Shown: one piece after another, positions 38,552 to 49,006 of the stretch
How the letters are laid out: each line of letters starts with the position of its first letter
Numbering within the stretch: position 1 is the first letter of the stretch
Assembly: GCA_963796055.1 (NCBI GenBank)
Contig: CAWCKH010000004.1
Coordinates: 1,408,001-1,472,000 of the forward strand
Length of the DNA: 64,000 nt
Reading direction: 5' to 3'
Source of the DNA: an uncultured delta proteobacterium
GTDB lineage: Bacteria; Myxococcota; Myxococcia; Myxococcales; Myxococcaceae
The notes under the pieces: generated by a model
Databases searched by the model: none
What the model saw: the letters and a program-made list of their open reading frames with translations, nothing else
Told to the model about the DNA's origin: nothing
Program-made: the position numbers and the translations under genes

Positions 38552-38737
38552 TCAGCTCCGCCGGACCCGCTTGACCCGGATGTTCTCCACTCCCCGCGCC
38601 GGACCCCCACCGAACGTGAAGCGGATGTTCAGATGGTCGGCATCCAGGAGCTGGATGAGGAACGCCTGGACGTGCCCGGGGTTTCTGGGACCGACGTTGG
38701 TGACGTCGACCAGGGCGAACTCGGCGACTCCCGCGGG
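38552..38737 (-). pseudogene. Headless C-terminal gene fragment
   Basis: 61 protein-like sense codons (...EFALVDVTNVGPRNPGHVQAFLIQLLDADHLNIRFTF...VKRVRRS*) beginning immediately after the upstream gene's TGA, with no start codon or RBS. Confidence 0.5.
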
Positions 38738-39220
38738 TCAGAGCTTGTAGCCGAAGCGGCGGAGGAGCTCCTTGCGCGCCTGGACGTCGGCGTCGGTCTC
38801 CACGCCGACCGGTGGGCTGCCGTCGACGACCCCCAGGATGCCGCGGCCGGACCCGGTCTGAGCGACGACGATCTCGACCGGGTTGGCGGTGGCGCAGAAC
38901 ACGGTGCAGAGCTCCGGCACGAGCTTCACGGCGTTGAGCACGTTCACCGGGAAGCCCTGGCGAAGGAACACGACGAAGCTGTGCCCGGCGCCGATGGCCT
39001 GGGCATTCCGGATGGCGAGGGCCGTGAGCTCCTCGTCATTGCCCGAGCGACGCACGAGGCGCGGACCGGACGACTCGCAGAAGGCGATGCCGAAGCGGAG
39101 CTGCGGCGAGGCGCCGGCGAGCGTCTCGTGCAGGTCCTCGACCGTCTTGATGAAATGGGACTGGCCGACGATGACGTTCACGTCGTCGGGCTTCTCGATC
39201 CGGACGGAAAGGAGCTCCAT
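38738..39220 (-). CDS. Adenosine-specific kinase (DUF355) family protein
   Basis: GQSHFIKTVED, FCESSG, IGAGH, CATANP, GILGVVDG, GYKL C-terminus. Confidence 0.9.
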   Translation of the reverse strand: MELLSVRIEKPDDVNVIVGQSHFIKTVEDLHETLAGASPQLRFGIAFCESSGPRLVRRSGNDEELTALAIRNAQAIGAGHSFVVFLRQGFPVNVLNAVKLVPELCTVFCATANPVEIVVAQTGSGRGILGVVDGSPPVGVETDADVQARKELLRRFGYKL

Positions 39221-39387
39221 CGAACCCTCCGGGGCTTGGGGGACAGGGACAGCGGTACATGAGATGCAGGGCGATTCGCTGGCAATTCAAGCATGTGGAT
39301 TGCCTGAAGGCATCCGTGTGCCGCTCCGCAGCTCCTGCGCCGGCTCGGCGCGCCGGGCGAAGCGGGTGCGGAGCCATGGAGGACACC

Positions 39388-39771
39388 ATGAAGATCCTGT
39401 TCAGAGCTCACGCCTTCGTCTCTTGGGCGTTCGGGCTCGCTCTCCTGCTCGTTCCAGCAGCACTGCTCGCCGGCTACGGCATCACGGCCGACGCGAGCAG
39501 CACCATCCTCGCGCGGCTCCTCGGAGGAGCCCTGGTTGGCCTCGGCGTCATGGCCTGGTTTGCGCGCGACGCGGCCCCCTCGGAAGTGCTGCGAGGCATC
39601 ATTCTGGGGGACGCCGTGATCTCCACGCTCGGCTGCCTCGTTTCAATCCACGGCGTCCTGTCCAGCGCGAGCAACGCGCTCGGCTGGGTGAACGTGATCA
39701 TCTTCGGGTTCTTCGCCGTGTGCTTCGGTGCCCTCGCCGGCGGGAAGGCACCCGTCACCGCGCACACCTAA
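39388..39771 (+). CDS. Small four-helix membrane protein
   Basis: GGAGGA RBS; four hydrophobic segments. Confidence 0.7.
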   Translation: MKILFRAHAFVSWAFGLALLLVPAALLAGYGITADASSTILARLLGGALVGLGVMAWFARDAAPSEVLRGIILGDAVISTLGCLVSIHGVLSSASNALGWVNVIIFGFFAVCFGALAGGKAPVTAHT

Positions 39772-39925
39772 CAGCCAGCCAGTTCGGCGACGGCCGGCGC
39801 GAGTTCATGGCGCTCTGGCGCCGGCCCTTCTCGGGAGGCTGACGAGAGTCCAGGCCAGCACGGAGACGACACGGGCCGCCGGATCACGTGGATCCAGCGG
39901 CCCGCGCCTGCACGTCCGAGGCGGC

Positions 39926-41336
<1,411 letters not shown>

Positions 41337-41454
41337 GCGCCCTCCTGGCGGCATTCGAAAACGTGTGCTGGCGGATAAAGCCCCAGACTCTGACAAAAGG
41401 GAATGGGACAGGAGCCCCCAGGAACGGCGGGGCCTTAAGCTGTTCTGCTCCGCA

Positions 41455-41483
41455 TTGAAACGCGGACCGCACCTGCCTACGCT
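41455..41483 (+). promoter_or_regulatory. Putative sigma70 promoter of hrcA
   Basis: TTGAAA-N17-TACGCT ending 18 bp before the hrcA ATG. Confidence 0.5.
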
Positions 41484-41501
41484 TGGGGACTGCGAGCCGC
41501 C

Positions 41502-42533
41502 ATGGCCGAGCCGCTTTCCGACCGCGCCCGCGACGTTCTGCACGCGATCATCCGCGAGTACATCTCCATGGGTGGTCCGGTGGGGAGCCAGCAGCTGGCG
41601 CGGACCAGCGGCTTCGAGGTCTCCTCCGCCACGCTCCGCAACGTGATGGCCGATCTGGAGGAGCTCGGATACCTCGAGAAGCCGCACACCTCGGCTGGCC
41701 GGATTCCAACGGACCGTGCCTATCGCTTCTACGTGGACACGCTCATCCGCCTCCGCGACCCCAACCCACGCGACCGCGAGCTCATCCAGCGCGGTATCCC
41801 CACCAGCGGGACGCCCCTCGAGGAGTCGCTCCAGGAGGCCGGGCGCATCCTCCACTTCCTGACCCGTCACGCCGGCGTGGTGGTGACGCCACGTCCAACC
41901 TCCGGGACGTTCCATCGCATCGAGTTCGTCCGTCTCCGCGAGGGGCGGGTGCTGGCCATCCTGGTCGACCAGGACGGCCAGGTGCACAACCGTCCGGTGG
42001 CACTGGACTTCGAGATGTCGGCCGAGGATCTGGTCCGGGCGTCCAACTACCTCAGCGAGCTGCTGGAGAAGCTCCCCCTGGAGCAGGTGCGGGGTCGCAT
42101 CGAGCAGGAGCTGGCCCAGGACCAGGCCGCCTACGACCAGCTGGTGGCCAAGGCCCTGAGGCTGGGTCTGCTCGCCACCGGCTCGCCGCCCGCCGAGAAG
42201 GTGTTCATCGAGGGGACGGGAAGCTTCCTGGAGGCGCCGGAGTTCGCGGACGTCGAGCGGATGAAGGCCCTGTTCCGCACCCTGGAGGAGAAGACGCGGC
42301 TGCTGGCGCTGCTGGACCGTGTGCAGCGCGCGCGGGAGATGCAAATCTTCATCGGCCATGAGAGCGACCTCTCTCCCGGCGGCGACGTATCGCTGGTGGC
42401 CACCCCCTACGGACCGGCGGACCGCTCGCTCGGGACGGTGGGGGTCATCGGGCCGACGCGGATGAACTACCAGCGCGTCATCCCCCTGGTGCAGTTCACC
42501 GCCCAGGTCCTCTCGTCGGCCCTGGAGCCCTGA
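41502..42533 (+). CDS. hrcA: Heat-inducible transcription repressor HrcA
   Basis: PVGS, SSATLRNVMADLE, PHTSAGRIPT, GVIGPTRMNY. Confidence 0.96.
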   Translation: MAEPLSDRARDVLHAIIREYISMGGPVGSQQLARTSGFEVSSATLRNVMADLEELGYLEKPHTSAGRIPTDRAYRFYVDTLIRLRDPNPRDRELIQRGIPTSGTPLEESLQEAGRILHFLTRHAGVVVTPRPTSGTFHRIEFVRLREGRVLAILVDQDGQVHNRPVALDFEMSAEDLVRASNYLSELLEKLPLEQVRGRIEQELAQDQAAYDQLVAKALRLGLLATGSPPAEKVFIEGTGSFLEAPEFADVERMKALFRTLEEKTRLLALLDRVQRAREMQIFIGHESDLSPGGDVSLVATPYGPADRSLGTVGVIGPTRMNYQRVIPLVQFTAQVLSSALEP

Positions 42534-42543
42534 GGAGCACGCG

Positions 42544-43485
42544 CTGGACGCAACCCTTCCAAGGCCCGAGCCACGGTTCCGGCTCCCGGCGATCCTCTTC
42601 GGCTGCACGCTGGTGACGGTCTTCGGCACCTTCCTGCTCACCCAGACCGGCGTCTGGACGGAAGCGGGAGCGGTCCAGATCAGCACCCGCGCGCTGGTGA
42701 GCTCGCTGGAGTTCACCGTGGCGGCGCTGAGCATCCTCGGCGCGCACGAGTTCGGGCACTATGTGCTCGCCCGCCGTCACGGGGTGAGCACCAGCCTGCC
42801 GTACTTCATCCCCCTTCCCCTGCTGGGGTTCGGAACGCTCGGGGCGGTCATCCGGGTCCGGGACCGCATTCCCTCGCGGAACGCCCTGGTCGACATCGGC
42901 GCGGCCGGCCCGCTCGCCGGGTTCGTGGTGTGCCTGCCCTTTCTCGCCTGGGGATACGCGCACTCACGCCTCGTCCAGCTGCCGCCCACCGGGTCCATGG
43001 TGCTGGGCCCCATGTCGCTCTGGAGCGTCCTCCACCATGGTCTGCCCCGACTGGACATGCTGATCTACGGGGACAACCTCCTCCTCCGGCTGTTCGAGCG
43101 GGCGTTCCTTGGCCCGCTCCCCGCCGGAGTGGGCGTGGACCCGCATCCCTTCGTCCTCGCCGGCTGGCTGGGGACGCTGGTCACGATGCTGAACCTCTTT
43201 CCCATCGGGCAGCTCGACGCGGGCCACCTGACCTATGCCGTGTTCGGGAAGCGGGCCCGGACCATTGGCCGGTGTGCCCTGGCGTTCCTGGCTGCGCTCA
43301 CGGTGCTGGTCTCCGTCACCTGGCTTGCCTGGCTGTTGGTGGTGGCGCTGGTGGTCGGCGTCCGGCACCCCCCGGTGACCGTTCCGGACGAGCCTCTGGG
43401 CGCTGGACGTGGGTGGTTGTGCGTGGCCACCCTCGCCGTGGCCGTGCTCTGTTTCCTGCCGGCACCGTTCGCCGGACTCCTCTAG
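42544..43485 (+). CDS. Site-2 protease (M50 intramembrane metalloprotease)
   Basis: HEFGH, IGAAGPLAG, NLFPIGQLDAGH; start may be CTG at 42544 (GAGGAG RBS) or GTG at 42613. Confidence 0.88.
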   Translation: MDATLPRPEPRFRLPAILFGCTLVTVFGTFLLTQTGVWTEAGAVQISTRALVSSLEFTVAALSILGAHEFGHYVLARRHGVSTSLPYFIPLPLLGFGTLGAVIRVRDRIPSRNALVDIGAAGPLAGFVVCLPFLAWGYAHSRLVQLPPTGSMVLGPMSLWSVLHHGLPRLDMLIYGDNLLLRLFERAFLGPLPAGVGVDPHPFVLAGWLGTLVTMLNLFPIGQLDAGHLTYAVFGKRARTIGRCALAFLAALTVLVSVTWLAWLLVVALVVGVRHPPVTVPDEPLGAGRGWLCVATLAVAVLCFLPAPFAGLL

Positions 43486-43551
43486 ACCCGCCGCTGTCCT
43501 CTAGACTGCTCGCCGAACGCCAGGTGTCGAACGCCGGGCGTCCCCTCCCCG

Positions 43552-44559
43552 ATGAAAGTTCTCTGTCCTTCCTGCGAGCGCCTCGTCGAGCTGGTCAATC
43601 TCCGGGTCGAGCGGGGTGGGCTGATCGCGCGCTGCCCGGCGTGCGGGGCCGAGCAGCGGCAGCAGCTGCCCGCCCGGCCGGTGACGGTGCCCTCGGCCAA
43701 GGCGGGGAAGAGCGCCGGGAGCAAGGACGCTCCCCGCGCCGTTCTGGACCCTGCACCGGCCGACGAGGACGAGAACGACGAAGGACCCACCATCATCCTC
43801 CTGACGCCGTCGTCGGACGCCATGCCCCTGGCGGTCGCGCCCCCGGGAACGTCCGCGCCGCCCAAGCCGGCCGAGGTGGCACGCTTCGACTCCCCGGCGA
43901 AGCCTCCGGCCATCGCGCCGGTCACCGTGGTCGAGACGGCACCCCCGCCCCGGCGGGTGGTGGACGCCGAGTTCGCGCAGCTCCTGAACCAGCTGGGCGA
44001 CGTGCACCCGCCCACGCCGCCGCCCCAGGCGCTGCGACCCCGGAACACCGGCGCCAACGCGGTGGTGCTCCCGCCGCAGCCGGGTGTCGCCCGCGGCTCG
44101 ACCATCCAGATTCCCCCGGGCCACTGTCCCAAGTGCATCACCCCCCGGAACCGCGAGGCGCTCATCTGCCCGGCGTGCGGTCTGGTCTTCGCCAACTTCC
44201 GCGCCGAGGAGCACCAGCCGTCGGCGGCGCTCGAGTCGGCGTGGCGCGGGCTGGAGGAGCGCTGGGCCCGGCAGGACGAGCACGAGAAGTTCCTCCAGCT
44301 GGCCTTCAACATGGACGAGCTGGCGAAGGCCGGACGGCTGTACCGCATCCGGCTGGCGGCCACGCCCGACGATGCGCAGGCCAAGGTGGCGCTCGACGTG
44401 ATGGTGCGGATGGCGTCCACGGCCGCGGCAGCCGCGGCGAAGACCGACCCGGCCGAGCTGCAGCGGAACCGGCGCAAGGTGCTGGCGGTCAGCGCGATGC
44501 TCTTCTTCGTGATTCCCATCGCCGCGCTGCTGGTCAACTTCCTGCTGAAAGCCCACTGA
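43552..44559 (+). CDS. Zinc-ribbon membrane-anchored hypothetical protein
   Basis: CPSC..CPAC N-terminus, Pro-rich linker, CPKC..CPAC, C-terminal TM helix. Confidence 0.8.
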   Translation: MKVLCPSCERLVELVNLRVERGGLIARCPACGAEQRQQLPARPVTVPSAKAGKSAGSKDAPRAVLDPAPADEDENDEGPTIILLTPSSDAMPLAVAPPGTSAPPKPAEVARFDSPAKPPAIAPVTVVETAPPPRRVVDAEFAQLLNQLGDVHPPTPPPQALRPRNTGANAVVLPPQPGVARGSTIQIPPGHCPKCITPRNREALICPACGLVFANFRAEEHQPSAALESAWRGLEERWARQDEHEKFLQLAFNMDELAKAGRLYRIRLAATPDDAQAKVALDVMVRMASTAAAAAAKTDPAELQRNRRKVLAVSAMLFFVIPIAALLVNFLLKAH

Positions 44560-44740
44560 GTGCTCCGGCCCGGGCGCCCTGACCGCTGCGGCGGCCAATC
44601 CTCTCGCTGCGACGCGCAGCCTCGCCGCTCCGCTGCTCGACGGACCTCGAGGTACGCCTCCGCGGCTCGCTCCTCGTGTGCGCCGTCTCGCGTCGGTCTC
44701 GGCCACCTCGCCCTCCTCACGGCACCCGGGTCGGAGCACT
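44559..44740. mobile_element. MITE-like non-autonomous element with ~24-bp terminal inverted repeats
   Basis: Left end AGTGCTCCGGCCCGGGCGCCCTGA vs right end TCACGGCACCCGGGTCGGAGCACT, 21/24 complementary; fills the whole intergenic gap. Confidence 0.65.
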
Positions 44741-44742
44741 AG

Positions 44743-46725
44743 GTGGACGAGATCGCCGAGGTCCTGGGCCCGGGCGGCCGACTCTCGCGTGCGCTGGCCG
44801 GGTACGAGCACCGCCCAGAGCAGCTCACCCTGGCGCGCGAGGTGGCCCGGGCCTTCGGCGAGCGGCGAATGCTGGTGGCGGAGGCGGGCACCGGAACCGG
44901 CAAGACGCTGGCCTATCTCGTTCCCGCCATCCTGAGCGGGCGCCGGGTGGTCATCTCCACCGCCACCAAGAACCTTCAGGATCAGCTGTTCCACAAGGAC
45001 CTGCCGCTGGTGCGCGACGTGCTCGACCTCCCGGTCCGGGCGACTCTGGTGAAGGGCCGGGCCAACTACCTGTGCCTCCACCGGCTGGAGCGGGCGAGGA
45101 CCGGGGCGCTGCTCGACTCGCGCGAGGACGCCGAGGCGTTCGGGATGCTGCTCCGCTGGGCCGAGCGCACCCAGACCGGAGATCGGGCCGAGCTGATGCT
45201 CCCGGAGGGGTTCTCCGGCTGGCGCCAGGTGTCGACCACGCCCGAGGGATGCCTGGGGACGCGGTGCCCGCAGCACGCGGCGTGCTTCGTTACCCGGCTC
45301 CGGGAGCAGGCCGAGGAGTCCGAGCTGGTGGTGGTGAACCACGCGCTGTTCTTCGCCGACCTGGTGGTGCGCACCGGACGCGGCAACGGCGAGGGGGTGC
45401 TCCCGCGCTACGAGGCGGTCATCTTCGACGAGGCGCACGGCCTCGAGGACGCGGCCACCGAGTTCTTCGGGACCACGGTGAGCAGCCACCGCTTCGAGGA
45501 GCTCGCCCGGGACGCCCAGGCGGCGCTCCCGCCGGAGGACGCCCGGGCCGGGGTGCTCTCGGCGCTGGCGGTCAAGGTACGGGCCCAGGCCGAGGCGCTC
45601 TGGGCCGCGGCGCCGCGCGCGGTGGGGATGACCGAGGAGGGCACGGTCCGGCTCACCTCCCGCGCCCTGGCCCCGCTCTCGCGACAGATGGAGGGGGTGC
45701 TCGAGGGCCTGGGCGCCCTGGGCGGGTTCGCCTCGGGGCATGAGGAGCCGGATCTCCTGGCGGTGGCACGACGGTCCGCGGAGCTCGGCGCGGAGCTCGA
45801 CTTCGTGCGCCGGGCGGACGCGCCGGACCACGTGTACTGGGCCGAGGGCCGTGGCCGGGGACTCTTCTTTCGCGCGGCGCCCATCTCGGTTGCCGAGGCG
45901 ATGCGCGAGCGGCTGTACGGGGCGGTGGACACGGTGGTCTTCACCTCGGCGACGCTCCGGACCGGCAACTCGTTCGACTACTTCTGCCGCCAGGTGGGGC
46001 TGCTCGACGCCGAGGGAGAGGCGGTGGCGCCGCTCACCCAGCTCGCCGTCCCGTCGTCCTTCGACTATGCGCGGCAGTCGGCGCTGTACCTGCCGACCGC
46101 GCTCCCCGAGCCGCGCGAGCCGGGGTTCGCCGAGGCGGTGGCGGAGGAGATCGCGCGGCTGGTGGAGATCACCCAGGGGCGTGCCTTCGCGCTCTTCACC
46201 TCGCTCCGGAACATGGAGCGGGTCCACGCCCTTCTCTCCGGGCGGCTCCCGTACCCGATGCTGCTCCAGGGCGAGGCGCCGAAACCGGTGCTGCTGGATG
46301 CGTTCCAGTCGACGCCCAGCGTGCTCTTCGCCTCGGCGAGCTTCTGGGAGGGTGTGGACGTCCCCGGGGATGCGCTCTCCCTGGTGGTGCTCGACAAGCT
46401 CCCCTTCGCCTCGCCCACGCACCCGGTGGTGGCCGCACGGATCGAGGCGCTGGAGGAGGCGGGTCGCGAGCCGTTCTCCAGCTACCAGCTGCCAGAGGCG
46501 GCGCTGGCGCTCCGACAGGGGTTCGGGAGGCTGATCCGGACTCGGACCGACCGGGGCATCGTGGCGCTCCTCGACGTGCGCGTGGGCCGCAAGGCGTACG
46601 GGCGGCAGCTGCTGGCGGGGCTGCCGCCGGCCCGGCGGTTCAAGGAGCTCGGCCCGCTGGCGGAGTGGTTCCGGAGCGGCGAGGCGAGCGCGCGCGTCCA
46701 GAGGGACTCGCACCAGGAGTCGTGA
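44743..46725 (+). CDS. ATP-dependent DNA helicase, DinG/YoaA family
   Basis: AGTGTGKT, KGRANYLC, Fe-S Cys residues, DEAH, SATL, EGVDVPG, QGFGRLIR. Confidence 0.94.
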   Translation: MDEIAEVLGPGGRLSRALAGYEHRPEQLTLAREVARAFGERRMLVAEAGTGTGKTLAYLVPAILSGRRVVISTATKNLQDQLFHKDLPLVRDVLDLPVRATLVKGRANYLCLHRLERARTGALLDSREDAEAFGMLLRWAERTQTGDRAELMLPEGFSGWRQVSTTPEGCLGTRCPQHAACFVTRLREQAEESELVVVNHALFFADLVVRTGRGNGEGVLPRYEAVIFDEAHGLEDAATEFFGTTVSSHRFEELARDAQAALPPEDARAGVLSALAVKVRAQAEALWAAAPRAVGMTEEGTVRLTSRALAPLSRQMEGVLEGLGALGGFASGHEEPDLLAVARRSAELGAELDFVRRADAPDHVYWAEGRGRGLFFRAAPISVAEAMRERLYGAVDTVVFTSATLRTGNSFDYFCRQVGLLDAEGEAVAPLTQLAVPSSFDYARQSALYLPTALPEPREPGFAEAVAEEIARLVEITQGRAFALFTSLRNMERVHALLSGRLPYPMLLQGEAPKPVLLDAFQSTPSVLFASASFWEGVDVPGDALSLVVLDKLPFASPTHPVVAARIEALEEAGREPFSSYQLPEAALALRQGFGRLIRTRTDRGIVALLDVRVGRKAYGRQLLAGLPPARRFKELGPLAEWFRSGEASARVQRDSHQES

Positions 46726-46737
46726 CCGGCCATCCGC

Positions 46738-46990
46738 TCAGAGGGAGGCGCCGGTCGACGGCCTCCAGCTCTTGTCCTTGAGCTCGACCATGCAGATGCG
46801 GGCTCCCTCGGGGCCGATGTTCTGGGCGGCGTGCCAGCCGCCCTCGAACCACGCGACCTCGCCCGCCTTCCTGTCCGCGAAGGTGGTCGTGCCGTCCTCC
46901 TTCCGGGTGCTGACCCGGCGTCGGAGAACCCGAGCCCGAGGAGGAGCGCGCTTCCTCGGGGTCGACTGAACCAGACGAGACGGGGCCGTG
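46738..46990 (-). pseudogene. Remnant of a small cupin-like protein gene
   Basis: C-terminal RKAGEVAWFEGGWHAAQNIG...ICMVELK intact; upstream part lacks a coherent frame. Confidence 0.45.
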
Positions 46991-47110
46991 CAAGCCGGCG
47001 ACTCGCCGGCGGCGCGCCGCGCCTCGAGGGCCGTCCGCAGCTCAGGACGCCCGAACGCCTGGCGCGCCATGGGCGAGTCCAGGTCGAGCGAGGGGTGTCG
47101 GCGGGGAGCT

Positions 47111-48238
47111 TCAGCGCGCCGCGGCCCGCAGCCCCCCGGCGGGGAACAGCTCGGGCGACTCGAGGTGCACCAGGGGGATGTCCAAGGTGCACAGCAGCCC
47201 GGCGTTCTCGTGCTCCACCCGGAGCACGTGGTCCTTCGGGTACAGGTGCTCCAGCCGCTGGCGGAGATGGGCCAGCCGGTCCGCCGCCTCGGTGACCTCC
47301 ACCCCAGGCTGGGCGGTGGCCAGCTGATGAAGGCGAATTCCCAGCCGCTCGCCGGCCACCATCGCCGACAGCTCGAGCGCACCCTCCCACGGGGAGGCGG
47401 GCAGCTCGGCGAGCTGGAACAGCGCCAGCGACGGCACCTCCGCGGTCAGCGTCTCGGGCGGGATGTCCACCCGGGTCCGCAGCCGCCCCGGCGCGCGGAT
47501 CTGCTGCAGGGCGAGGTACGCCTGCAGGAACTCCAGCTCCTGGCGCAGCGAGACCCGCTCCTGCCCCAGCGTGGCCAGGGTCAGCCGGAGCACGTCGCTC
47601 AGCCGGGCGAGCATCTGCACCGCCTGGGTCGAGGCCCCGGAGCGAACGAACTCGGCGGTGCTCCGGAGCGTGTCCTCGATGAGCTGCGGATGGAGCTGGA
47701 CCCGCACCGCGTCGAGCTCGGCCCGCGCCAGCTCCGCCTCGAGGCGCGCCGCCCCGAGCGCTTCCAGCCGGAGCCGTCGCCGGAGCTCGATGGTGCCCAG
47801 GATGCCGACGATGGCGAGATAGTTGATCCCCGGCCCGACGAATCCGCGGAACCCCACGAGGAACATCCGCCCGATGGGCAGCTTCCGCAGCGTCTTCGGG
47901 CCGGTGAAGCGGGTGATCACCGCCCGGCCCGCGTTGTAATAGACCATCGTTCCGAGGAATCCCCCGACCAGGGCTGCGAGCAGCACCAGCGGGCGCGCCC
48001 GGGTCGAGACCAACCGCCGGACCGGATCGGCCACCACCGCCACCACCGGAACCCAGAGCAGCCACGAGAAGAGACCGAGCAGCCCATAATCCGAACGGGA
48101 CTCCGGTCCCATCACCAGCCGCATCTGCAGCGACTCGAGCAACGCCAGGACCAGCGCCCCGGCCACGGCGAGGGCCCACCATTGCGGGCGCGACCACCGC
48201 GGGCGGGCTGCCCTGCCGCTGGCCTCGGTGGGAGTCAC
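47111..48238 (-). CDS. Degenerate LytS-type sensor (pseudokinase)
   Basis: TM helices; AELDAVRVQLHPQLIEDTL (PHF His replaced); QELEFLQAYL retained; no ENA or D.G.G ATP-binding boxes. Confidence 0.8.
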   Translation of the reverse strand: MTPTEASGRAARPRWSRPQWWALAVAGALVLALLESLQMRLVMGPESRSDYGLLGLFSWLLWVPVVAVVADPVRRLVSTRARPLVLLAALVGGFLGTMVYYNAGRAVITRFTGPKTLRKLPIGRMFLVGFRGFVGPGINYLAIVGILGTIELRRRLRLEALGAARLEAELARAELDAVRVQLHPQLIEDTLRSTAEFVRSGASTQAVQMLARLSDVLRLTLATLGQERVSLRQELEFLQAYLALQQIRAPGRLRTRVDIPPETLTAEVPSLALFQLAELPASPWEGALELSAMVAGERLGIRLHQLATAQPGVEVTEAADRLAHLRQRLEHLYPKDHVLRVEHENAGLLCTLDIPLVHLESPELFPAGGLRAAAR

Positions 48239-48247
48239 CCGTCCTTC

Positions 48248-49006
48248 CTACCGCAGATGACGAATCCGGGCCTGTTGGCTCCGCGCCACCGGGAGCTCGG
48301 CCCCCGTCGCCAGGACGGCGACCAGCCCGCCGCTCCCGGTGCGCCGCAGCTCGCGCAGCACCCGTCGGTTGACGATGGCTGTCCGATGGATGCGGACGAA
48401 GCGCATCGGGTCCAGGCGGGCCTCGAGCGCCGCCATCGACTCGCGGTGCAGGTACGTCCGGGCCCCCACGTGAAGCTCGACGTAGTAGTCCGCCGACTCG
48501 ATCCAGTCGATCTCCTCGGCCTCGAGGAAGATGATCCGCCCGCGGTCGCGCACCACGATGCGGGAGGACGCGGCCGGCACCAGGCCCGCCTCCACCGCCT
48601 TGGCCCGGAGCTGCTCGCCGATCCGCGCTGCCTCCTCGCGCGACAGCTGCTCCTTGGCCCGGGCGAGCGTCTCGCGAAACCGGGAGTCCTCGTAGGGTTT
48701 GAGCAGGTAGTCGAAGGCGTGCACCCGGAAGGCCTCCAGCGCGTACTGGTCGTAGGCGGTCACGAAGACCACCATCGGCAGGGGAGCCTCGGCCCGCGCC
48801 AGCACCTCGAAGCCGCTCCCGCCCGGCATCTGCACGTCGAGGAAGCAGAGCTGCGGATGGGTCCGCGCCAGCAGCGCCACCGCCTCGTCCCCGCTCCCCG
48901 CCTCGCCGACGACCTCCACTCCTGGATCCTCCCCCAGGAGCATCCGCAGACCCTCTCGGGCCAGCGGCTCGTCGTCCACCACCGCCACCGTCACTGGCTC
49001 AGGCAC
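48248..49006 (-). CDS. LytTR-family response regulator
   Basis: VVDDEPLAR, FLDVQMP, FVTAYD, YLLKP, FVRIHRTAIVN. Confidence 0.93.
   Translation of the reverse strand: MPEPVTVAVVDDEPLAREGLRMLLGEDPGVEVVGEAGSGDEAVALLARTHPQLCFLDVQMPGGSGFEVLARAEAPLPMVVFVTAYDQYALEAFRVHAFDYLLKPYEDSRFRETLARAKEQLSREEAARIGEQLRAKAVEAGLVPAASSRIVVRDRGRIIFLEAEEIDWIESADYYVELHVGARTYLHRESMAALEARLDPMRFVRIHRTAIVNRRVLRELRRTGSGGLVAVLATGAELPVARSQQARIRHLR

Noticed and set aside
38738..38740. Selenocysteine or programmed read-through at the TGA
   Set aside because: GYKL is the usual family end, the position is not a Cys site, and I could not identify a SECIS-like element
41337..41501. CIRCE element near hrcA (and upstream of grpE)
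   Set aside because: No TTAGCACTC-N9-GAGTGCTAA seen; the GAGTGCT/AGCACT at 44558/44735 are ~180 bp apart and belong to the MITE-like ends
44743..46725. DinG helicase as a type IV CRISPR or defence component
   Set aside because: No csf/cas genes; it has the Fe-S Cys residues and housekeeping context of YoaA-type helicases
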